Below are positions 53,751-64,000 of a stretch of 64,000 nucleotides of DNA, piece by piece. A program made the translations under genes and the position numbers. Position 1 is the first letter of the stretch. Every line of letters begins with the position of its first letter. Origin of the DNA: Ophelia neglecta. Taxonomy: Eukaryota. The DNA lies in NCBI GenBank assembly GCA_965285935.1, contig OZ260661.1:48484001-48548000 (forward strand), read 5' to 3'. The notes under the pieces were generated by a model, which did not search any database, was not told the origin of the DNA, and saw only the letters and a program-made list of their open reading frames with translations.

Positions 53751-56700
53751 GTAAAAAAGGAGTGAAGTCCCGGCAGACAAAGCGAGGTCATTGATTTAGA
53801 ATTGTAGTCCATTAAATCGGTCAGAAATCATCAGTAACCATCAGCCTGGTGTTGAGCTCTTATATCGCGATCTTGTGAATTTGACAAGCTGAAGGAAATC
53901 TGTTCGTACATTCTTTAGCACTATTGCAATGTGTAGGTCTAATGTTATTGCGAATTACAAGAGAAAATAATCAGATATTCAAAGGCGTCTCACTTTACAT
54001 TATGAGCGATGCCTTAAAAGCGTAAAGAGCAGGTTCGAATGGTCTTAAATAGTGACCCTAGAGGGATGATAATAATCTCGTCATATTTGTTTGCATCACA
54101 TTGTAGATGAAATTTTCATAGCTACGACTGTGCCAGTCATTGCTTTTTCATCAAAGAAAGCATGCACTTGATAACCCCTAACTAATAATGTAACCCTGAT
54201 GCACGACTCATACACAACACTCTCCCATCAGCATGTACCATTAAAAATCATGGTAAGTTAGTAAACTACGTGCTCGTAAGGAAGGCATCAATGATGCTTT
54301 GTCGTCAGCTTCTTTCAACAAATGTTATGTCGCAATTTCATACAAAATGTTGAACAAGTGCACTTTCTTTTGCATGCACATTGGCCCTTTTATTCATTTG
54401 ATGATTTATTGTGACAGCAAAAATGTCTGAAAGTTAAGATATAGCATTGAAAAACAAGGCTGTGTTGTGTCAGCGAATTTAAAATTTACCTCTTATTTGT
54501 CGGGTTTCCGAATAAAACGTACCAGATGACAGTATATTTTGTTGCTAAATAACATTGAGTCAGAGGTCTGCTTTATGCAGTGTTGGAATGTTTTTGTGAG
54601 ATTTATGGCTTTACAAAGCAAACGTGAGAGATGTACAAGAAGATTACTTTTTATTACTTCTGACTAAATGCTCTTCTTTCTTAAGAACATAGTAGATCTG
54701 TTGATAGTTTACAATAGCTAGTTTTCACATTAAGTTGGGATTGTAACTAGAAGTGCGTTTATCTCTCCTGTCCTCATTTGAGTGATTCATTATTTTAAGG
54801 ACACATCTTAAGTCAAGTACGACCTTACCTGATAACTAACCCAACGAGTTGGGCGGTCCATATATCGATGCATAGCCATTAATTTATTACCATTTCCACA
54901 ACACCAAAATGTGTGTTCAGTCTGTTTGTATCAGTCAACGGGAGGCAAAATTTAATTGTTATTTCAAACCCTAGCCCAAGTTTATTCGCAATATACTATG
55001 AAGTTAATTTATCTTCCAAACAAACTATACTGTTTGAGTTAAAAAAAAATTGATGAAACTGAAAATATAGTATAAATATACAATGTAATATCAGTTTTAT
55101 TTCTTGCATAATTTAACCAATTTTTGAGAATCTACAGATTCACACACAAGTGCATTTTATATTATTCGCTAGTATATTATTAATTAGGGATATAGAGGGG
55201 GAGGGAGAACTTTGTTGCACTCGCGTTAGAGGATAATTATGGTGGTGAGCTGATGGGCCTGAAATACTTGACTAATCAGTGTTTGACCCAATTCGTTTAC
55301 TTAACATACAAAATCATCACATGTATCAATACTTCTTCCTACGCCCGTCTTACATACAGAGTAACTTACAAAAGTTCATTTTTTCATTTAAAAATGCCCC
55401 GTCCACCCAACAACAAAAAATCCATTCGAAAAGCCCATTAATTACCATTCGGCTTAAATGTAAAGCCAAACATAAGTTCATTGCAACAAAAATTTCATAC
55501 CTCCAACAAATATAGAACACCAACACTACGCAGTAGCCAATACACATACAAAGTGTGGGACCAATTTCTGAGGGGCATAGCAATTGTGCATGTGCCTACG
55601 TGCTCAACTGGTCATTTACATTCACTTCCTCCAGATTTAAAAACCAAACAGGAAATACTTCTATTGGAGAGTGCTCTCAAAATATGTTATTATCTTTTGT
55701 GCAGATAACGATATTTTCGACAGTGCCACTTTCATCGCTGTACAATCCTTGGTTTGGTCCCACAGTAATGACGTATATTTATTTGACGATTGATCCTGTC
55801 CGGACATCTGCTGTAATTCAGCAGGACCAGGGTATATGTAAAAAGACGCTGGTCCCTATTGTATTTATTGATGTCATTTGTTTGTATTCTGTAGTTGACC
55901 ATTTGTATGTGTATGTTTTCTGTAATAAAGGGAAATCAATCAACCAGTTCATTGTCCAAAGTGAGTCACTAGCAATATTCCTAATGTACGAACGTTGAAT
56001 AAAACAAATTTGGAAAATAAGAAGACTCCACGAATACAATCAACCAGGAGTTCACTGATGTTCACTAAGTATTGTACGATAGAATATAAAAGTTCATTTA
56101 CGATCGCTATCACATGGCCGCCCCCATCACTGGCACAAAGCCATGAAGCAAATCTTTTTACAAAAAACATACTCCTGCACACGGCGGAAACGCAGAAGAT
56201 TTGTAAAACGGTTACTAGGCCCTTTATATATTTGTCCGTTGATTTCATTAGGTAGGAGTAGAAGGCAGGCCGACGATGGTAAAGAACTTCTCCTAAATTT
56301 AGGGCTATTGACAGCTGTTTTAGTCCTAGTTAGAACTATCATCAGCTGTAGAATTTGCACTAATAGCTTTTCCGCATGCCTCCTAATTGTCTACTCCGCG
56401 TGTTTCTCAATACTGTACATTATGTAATACGTTCCAAACACGTCCTATCCACCGCAAGGATTGCGGATATCCTGCTATAACCATGGTGTATATAACAGAC
56501 AATTATGTACAGCTAATTTTCAAATGCATTAGGTCACCTACAAAGTGACACCAGTGTGGTGGTCCACAATTGACACGGTCAATAAATTTGAAATCGAAAA
56601 AAAAAAAGTTTTTTGTCTATCATTTTTTTTAGACATTTAAATGAAAATGCCATAATAAAAATAATGGCAAAATTGTCCACTTGAAATACTTCTTTCAGAG

Positions 56701-57794
56701 TTCATGCCTATTCAAGTTTGAAAATACAGATCAAACCCGATTAGTTTAAAGACATTTTTGACAAGGCTGTTTATTGTACAGCTCGTAAACTTTTCTGTTA
56801 AGGCGTGCCGTTGTATAGGTTTTTATTGCAAGTAAATAAAAAGTAAGCATACTTTTAGAACTTGTTCAAAGTAGGCGCACTTGCCACTTTCATCAGCACA
56901 ACATTTCAGTTTTATTCAAATTCCAGCAGCCACCAGTAACGTCAGAATTTTGCAAATTCGTGCAACTGAGGGATGGAACGAGGCTAGTTTTAACATCTTG
57001 TTTAAGCAAAAGAAAGGATGTTTACTCCTTCACCGTAAGAATGTTGACAGAATGTTCTTTACACATTTTACATGACTGTGTATTGTGGCATTTGGAGTTA
57101 AGTTAAGTTGTACCGGAGCTCGTAGATGGTCAGTGACGGATAAGATATATCGGCGAACAGCCGATTGTTTTTACTCCAGATTGGAGGAGTTTCCTTGTTT
57201 ATCACAAGGGTGACTTGTTCCCTTCTTCAAGAATTTAATAACAGTCGAATGAATAAGAAAGTATATCTAGAAATAACAACCTGCCTAAGGCTACGAACTT
57301 AGGCTCTGTCGAGTTTCCTTGAATTCAGAAACATCAAGGTGCAAAGGCATTCTCAAAAACGATGATTATGGACATTTTCCATGGAAAATTATAGAGTTAG
57401 AAACAAGTCTAAAGCTTTTGGTTTGTAAGTTATCTCGAACTGCTGTAGTAAGATCAGCTAAGTTTCTATAATAAATGAAAATTGGTACCGCCCAGCATAT
57501 TTTTATCGTGTGCCTCAAAGGCAACATTCCATTTTGACCATATGAGACCTTTAAACTGCATCCCCCGAAATATGCCACAGGCAGAACTTGGCAACCCTGT
57601 ATTGCAAACCTACCCAAATAGGACGAATTCGATTCATTGAAGTAAATAAACATCAGACTCTGAGGCTCACATTGTACCTCTGGAGCCCATTCGCATATGG
57701 GTGTCACTTATTTATAATGACTTCATTGAAATCTTTATAAGATATGCTATCAGTCTGGGATTTCATATCTGGCAACGAAGAGGAAATACTCTCT

Positions 57795-58133
57795 TCAAAA
57801 AAAAAACTTCGGTCGGTCTTTTGCGGAGTATGCCACTCGTCTATGGAATGATTTGCCATTGTCCATTCGATGTGCCCCGCCAATAACTACTTTTAACACT
57901 GCTTTGAAAACCTACTTTTTTAGAGCTTCTTTTTATGTGTAATATGTGCTTAGTTCTAGTCAATTCAATACTTTGGTTTAAATTTTAATCTTATCTTTTA
58001 TTCTTTTCAGGTTTTATGTGTTTCCTTGTCTTAGCTGTAATCTAGTCATGTTTTAATTATTGTAAAGCGCTTTTGAGCATATACTTTATTGAAAATGCGC
58101 TATATCTAAAAGCCAATAAAAAAAAATAAAAAA
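57795..58133 (+). mobile_element. 5'-truncated L2/CR1-group LINE, 3' end (ORF2 C-terminus, 3'UTR and A-rich tail)
   Basis: 57811-57942 encodes GRSFAEYATRLWNDLPLSIRCAPPITTFNTALKTYFFRASFYV*, matching the L2 ORF2 end 'GxRAFSxxAPxLWNxLPxxIRxAxSLxxFKxxLKTxLF'; then a T-rich UTR, the L2-type motif TGTAAAGCGCTTTTGAG...AAAATGCGCTATAT (58061-58105) and an AATAAAAAAA tail. Confidence 0.88.
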
Positions 58134-58767
58134 TGGAAAAATGGGGCTGCAATTATTACTACTCAAAGCTCGTCATATTATTGCATTTAAAGAATGTACC
58201 TTTAGGTAAAAGTTGATATGAATATAAGTGAAGTTCAATGATAAAGTTTAATGGGCAACCGCTATCGTTTTTGTGACAAACACAACGTGGAGCAAAACAG
58301 ACGCCACTAGTTACTAATTGTGTTTGTAATATTATTTGCGAAAAGTATAAAAACGCCAAATGGCTGTCTATGATATAGGCTTCCTGTATAGTATTTGGCA
58401 CTGCTCGTGTAGAAGGCTCCTACACAGAGAAATGCCAATGTGTAAAGCTAAAATGTGTCCGATCGTAGAGTATCTAAGCATTATTAACCCGAATCGTTCA
58501 AAACGATTGTAAAATCGTGGGCGTACGCTGACCGGTTAGTGAGAACCACCGACTGCAAATTGGTCTGGCCTTACAGCGTAAATCTGATTGCCTAAGTCAG
58601 GCATGGAGCATGTTTTATTATGGCACGGTAATTTGTAAACACCGACCTCAAACGATAGCTTGCTGGACATGCGCTCCGTTCAATATATGCCATTTTTCCG
58701 TCCCCGCCCATAAACCCCATCTCGTATACTCATGCCCATGAACAGCCACTATGGGAGAAATCATAAC

Positions 58768-59384
58768 TACGGTAGCCCATCGTGCGAAATTTGTAAGGGT
58801 AAAGCTCCAACAATTACGCGCGCCTCGTGGACGGCAACATTTTCCTTACACCCCAAGGTGAGTGAATCTGTTTTATCTACCAATTTATTGCTTGACAGTC
58901 TTTGTGTAATGCATCAAACGAAAGTTAGGAAATTCGTTGTCAATCCTGTGTACTGGCTTGATTTATCGAGATCGCTATTTGTGAACAATTCTCGAGCAAC
59001 ATCAAGCGTGGGCGATAGTAGGAGAAATAACACCTTAATTTCCCGTTGCTGTCGGCTTGGTGCACTTTTCGAAGCTGAAACTTAGTAGACAGTAGCTACT
59101 GATAACTTTTAACATATCCATGGTATCTGCTCAGTTTAGAATGATGCGGTTTTTTTATCCTAGCCGTTCAAATAAGTTTCCGATGCGCGTGAATGTAAGG
59201 GCACGGCGCGCGTGTAAGAAAGGGCATTAGCCTAGTAAAGGGAAAGTAAAAGTAAGGCGACGCACTTTCCGTGACTGTTGCTGTTCAGTTCCAGGCTTAG
59301 AAAATGGTTCTTTTGCTATTTTTTACGTACAAATGTTCGACCTCTGGCACGAAGTCACTGATTTAAGGCCATGTTTTCCATAGA
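58768..59384 (+). repeat. Left TIR of the foldback element
   Basis: Reverse-complement match to 60463-61081; explains the near-identical peptides of ORFs 58732-59085(+) and 60764-60991(-). Confidence 0.95.
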
Positions 59385-60462
59385 TTCAATTTCGTGCAGA
59401 TCGTACTATTTTTATAATCACGGTTTAAATAGCGCAATTGTGTATTTGTGGACTGTATTTAAGTGTCATTACTAGGAACGAGAGTCATATATATTTATAG
59501 ATATATTCAAAGACGCATATATACATAAAATGTTACCCTAATTGTTATGGCTGCTGTGCACTAAAAAGCGTGCCTGCAAGGAATCGGAAACCAGAGGCCC
59601 TATGATGAAGTTTTAAGTTTACAACGGCAGAATTGTCTATATTGCAAGTTGCGTTTCTCGTTTATGTTGACTTTAAACTTTTTATTTCACAACTTCATCT
59701 GTATTTTATTGTTCGATAGCTACTCTAGTAGAAGTTTAAGCCTTATACTTTTGTCTTATTGGTGATTAGTCAAACCAAGGATGTCTGGTATACAGCATAC
59801 CACGTTCTTCGAGACATATATTTTTTAAAATGTATTATCAAATCACAGACCACCATCACTGACAGGTGCAGTGTACTTCCCTTCGTAAAAACGCATATTG
59901 TGTTCACATTATAGAAGTTGAATGCGCATATATGAAGAAGACAGGTCATTTCGAGAAAGCATTTTACTGGTACAATTGATTAACAAGACTTGTATATACT
60001 CGAGAGTATTAACATTAAAGTTTGTTCAGGAATCGATAATTCGAGCCATGTGCTTTTTTATGTTTTTTTGGTCAATGTTCGTTCAGCAAAATAACGTTTG
60101 TTTAGAACTTGTGTTATACAATAAAATGGGAAAATGTTCTACTTCTTCTCATATTACATGTTAACAAATATGTATGTGCTATCAAGACGGCGTATCTTCA
60201 CAGAGAAAATCATATCCACCGGGTTTTCACTTGGCCCCACTCACACTCTTTGGTGAGACATAAGTTTCGACTCATCGGTCTTATAATACTGCCCTGTTCA
60301 TGTCGGGCAAAGGATCCATACCTATAAAAATATAAGTTTATAGTCAGAGAATTAGCAATAGCTACAGGTAATTACATGTATATATATATATATAAAACGT
60401 AGTTTTTAAACTGAAATACAAGCAGTCATAAATTTATCAATGAAAATAAGTTTTATTGTGAT

Positions 60463-61081
60463 TCTATGGAAAACATGGCCTTAAATCAGTGACTTTTTGG
60501 CAAAGGTCGAACATTTGTACGTAAAAGATCGCAAAAGAACCACTTTCCAGGAGCCAGGAACTGAACAGCAACAATCACAGAAAGTGCGTTGCCTTACTTT
60601 TACGTTCCCTTTACTCGGCTAGTGCCCTTTCTTACACGCGCGCCGTGCCCTTACATACACGCGCATCGGAAACTTATTTGAACGGCTAGGATAAAAAAAC
60701 CGCATCATTCTAAATTGAGCAGATACCATGGATATGTTAACAGTTATCAGTAGCTACTGTCTACTAAGTTTCAGCTTCGAAAAGTGCACCAAGCCGACAG
60801 CAACGGGAAATTAAGGTGTTATTTCTCCTACTATCGCCCACGCTTGATGTTGCTCGAGAATTGTTCACAAATAGCGATCTCGATAAATCAAGCCAGTACA
60901 CAGGATTGACAACGAATTTCCTAACTTTCGTTTGATGTATTACACAAAGACTGTCAAGCAATAAATTGGTAGATAAAACAGATTCACTCACCTTGGGGTG
61001 TAAGGAAAATGATGCCGTCCACGAGGCGCGCGTAATTGTTGGAGCTTTACCCTTACAAATTTCGCACGATGGGCTACCGTA
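60463..61081 (-). repeat. Right TIR of the foldback element
   Basis: Reverse-complement match to 58768-59384. Confidence 0.95.
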
Positions 61082-62799
61082 ATAACACTCTTTCTACATT
61101 TCCCTTTCGGACTTACTGAGCGGTTAATTGACCCTTGTTCAATTGGTGTTATGTGTTTTTTGATATTGAAATCAAATATTTTGGTTAGTATATAGATTTA
61201 TGTAAGTATAGGGGATAACATTTACAAATTGTATAATCTGGTAAGCTGCGGTAACTATTGATGTTAGTTTTCGACCGGATGCACTGATTAAAAACACAAC
61301 AGTAAACAACACACTTATATAGGATGGACACATGCACGTTCAAAAGCCGCAAGTCACACGAATGTGTGACAAGGACATATTGTACATTACTCCGGAAGTG
61401 ATATGGCAATCAGGCTTAGGGTAAAAGTCCCTCTGACTTTCATCATGAAACCTGAGCCATTGCCAGCTGTCTCGGCTAAATTCTTATGGACTGCTGCATT
61501 CAAAAAAACACGACATGGTGGCTAAGACAGTCAGGATGTTGAAAAGTCAATAGACTATCATCGCAACAGTCACGGCAAAACTAGACTACAAACGATTCTA
61601 ATTCCTGATAAAATAAAGTATATACCATCGGAACACTCGTCTAAAGTTCTGGTCTAGTATCCACGTATCCATGATCATCCATTGAACAGTGTCGAACATG
61701 CTTGGGCCTAAAGACGCTAGCCTTGGTGTCCCGATACCACTGAGGAATATTTGCCTTGTCCGAATGTATTTTTTAAAAAAATGTCATAGAAGAAATAGGA
61801 CTCGAAATAGTGCGGCTTTTTTAACAAGAATTTATGTAGACTGTTTCATGACTCACTCTACTATATATTTAGAGCGGTTCTTTGTTCGTTTCGTTTCGAG
61901 TTATTGCATTTAAAATCCATATCAAAAGTCTATATGACAAGAATATTCTGGTGGTAATCAACTCCTCCCTCAGACGACTCTCGTTAGAATTAGCACCCCT
62001 TTTCGATAACAACCGGAACCCTAAGCATGTGATCACACATGGCATGGAAATCATTTCCTGCGTACCGAGTATTGCCAAACTTTTATCAGTTCTAATCCAG
62101 CATTGTATGTGTGATCCAAGGAGCACAACCGGACTGATCGCATGTTGACGTGGTGTCAGTATTACACTGCGAAAGAATTAAAGTGTAAACCGAAATTAAT
62201 GTAGTCAGCCTGAATAATTATGTCCGTTTATCATTATTATTTACTATCATACATTATATAAAGATGTGTCTGGATTTTGGCGATCATACTAAATTTTCAA
62301 CATGTTATTTTGCACAGACAATAATGACATTGTCGTTTTTGCTAGAATGGTTTGGGTGTCAAATAAATCATATATTTGGGTAAAATAATGTGCTCTATTG
62401 TATACACCTCTCTTGTTTTCATCACCGATGTCACCTGCCTATATATTTTAAATGTGAACTATGATAGCCAGCTTAGCCTGAGTTTTTTTTAGTCATATTT
62501 GCACTTTGAAGTTTGTTAGAATGTCTCTATACATTTGACAAGAGTCCCGCATTTTATTAATTGATTTCATGAAATAAAGTGATAGGCAGTCATATTTGTG
62601 CGACCAGTGAGGTTACATTAGATCTGCCGGACAAGACTGCAGCTGATATCACCAGGAAGAAAGCTCCGTTTATTGGGTTTTGTCAAAACTTGTAATTAAA
62701 TTGTCTGAGTCTTTGACTACATATAAAATACAAGGTAGAAAAGCTAAAACTGCAAATGCGGTAAATCCACCTTTTATAATAGCCCCAAGACAAACACAT

Positions 62800-62965
62800 T
62801 ATACAAAATGGCGCTTAGCAACGCAATTAAAGCATCTGACTCCAATAGGCTACATTAAACAGACGAAATCTTGATCACATAGGACTAGCACGAAACTCGC
62901 GAGATAAAATGGACATCAATCGTATCACCGCTAGCGGTGGATTACTTCCGACGTCATGTCTCGCA
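62800..62965. promoter_or_regulatory. Candidate housekeeping-type promoter motif cluster
   Basis: YY1-like CAAAATGGCG 62804-62813; BANP/Kaiso-like ACTCGCGAGA 62895-62904; perfect 14-bp palindrome CACCGCTAGCGGTG 62926-62939; ETS ACTTCCG 62944-62950; CRE-like GACGTCA 62950-62956. Confidence 0.35.
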
Positions 62966-64000
62966 TACAATAAAAACTCCCCAAAGGTTATCTTTCCTGC
63001 CACCCCTGCTTTGGGATCGCTTAAGCAGTCGAATTAATGACAACCCAGCAACTCTGACGAATTTCACACCAAAACAAATAAAGGCCTAGTAAAAGAAAGC
63101 CATTTCCTTTTATTTCAATCAATTCAGCAACTATTTTTCACTTAACTTTGTTAGATGCTTTAGTTATATTGTAATGACATTCACCAAGCAAGATTTTACT
63201 GTTTCTAATCTAAATTCTTACATATATCCTAGTTTTAAATTTTAAAATAGCGATACTGTAGATATATATATTCTTAAAGAGAGGCAATACTCTGGGATCT
63301 TGCTTAATTAGTTTGGTAGGAACAGAAATTTATGTTTATCCGGAAAACTTCTCTTTGTAAAACTATTGATTGGCAGGAACTTTATGGTGGACATTTGAGA
63401 ACAGCTATTGATACAAACAACTAGAAATAATAATAATAATTAACATATGTCACCTCCTTGAGCCTTTCTGCCACAGAATGTCTATCCTTGCGTTTGGAAG
63501 CGCACGTGCATGAAAAACGGGACTAGGTACCCGGCAGACAAAGCCAAAGCATTGATCAAGAATAGTCGAGGCCATGAAATCGGTCAGAAATCGTCAGAAA
63601 CAAGTAGCCATGGGGCCACACGCATCAATACCTCAATCTTATATTCCCAAACAGTAAACACACGTGCTATCCAAATGGAAAAATCGAAAAAGTAAACTTT
63701 CAAGTGAATGAAGAGAAGTCAACAGTATTCCATGATGCGAGTGAGAACACAAAACAAAAGAGTTGGTGTTCAATGAGGTTTTAGATAGGAACAACATAGT
63801 ACTCTGAAAGAAAGAACTCCATTAAACAATAGAATATATCCTGGAGCCCTGTTTTCTTCATAAATAATCCGTGTGGGCTTATATATAATTGACTAGAGGA
63901 TACGATTTGTTGTGATCTGTAATAGCCTACGAACGATCATAGTCATGGATATGTATAAATGAACAATATTACTTGATATAATACATACATATCAAACCTT

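Larger units (their letters stand above)
58768..61081. mobile_element. Non-autonomous foldback-type DNA transposon, 2314 bp, ~620-bp TIRs, apparent 5-bp TSD ATAAC
   Basis: Termini TACGGTAGCCC...GGGCTACCGTA; ATAAC at 58763-58767 and 61082-61086; arms 58768-59384 and 60463-61081 are reverse complements; ~1.08-kb AT-rich spacer with no recognisable transposase. Confidence 0.92.

Noticed and set aside
55253-56427. Cluster of overlapping ORFs including the longest (147 aa)
   Set aside because: No recognisable domain or consistent coding strand; compatible with chance or unidentifiable TE debris.
58732-59085. 117-aa ORF and its near-identical twin at 60764-60991 as a duplicated gene
   Set aside because: Identity is explained by the TIRs; the ORF starts outside the element and has no recognisable domain.
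61881-61903. TTTGTTCGTTTCGTTTCGAGTTA resembles miR-375
   Set aside because: Needs an indel plus two mismatches and the upstream sequence does not form a pre-miRNA hairpin.
1-64000. Prokaryotic or phage systems (CRISPR arrays, operons, defence islands)
   Set aside because: No repeat-spacer periodicity, negligible coding density and eukaryotic TE content.

Overview
This window reads as AT-rich eukaryotic non-coding DNA, most like a marine-invertebrate (metazoan) intergenic or long intronic region; the taxon is an inference from composition and repeat types. The longest ORF is 147 aa and I recognise no intact protein-coding gene, tRNA/rRNA, CRISPR array or operon. What can be supported is mostly transposable-element content: (1) a young 2.3-kb non-autonomous foldback-type DNA element at 58768-61081 with ~620-bp terminal inverted repeats (TIRs) and an apparent 5-bp target-site duplication (TSD, ATAAC), the most unusual feature; (2) four copies of a ~170-bp TA-flanked Tc1/mariner-type MITE, three clustered in alternating orientation at 29.5-30.2 kb; (3) a PIF/Harbinger-derived element at ~40.3-41.3 kb; (4) a clear 3' end of an L2/CR1-group LINE at ~57.8-58.1 kb; (5) a hAT-like MITE at 4721-4917; (6) heavily decayed remnants resembling a THAP domain, L1/Tx1 ORF2, a piggyBac transposase C-terminus and a PHD finger. 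Two CpG-rich motif clusters (~6.0-6.7 kb and ~62.8-63.0 kb) look like promoters. All alignments were made by eye; no database search was run. I found no evidence for a multi-gene novel system.
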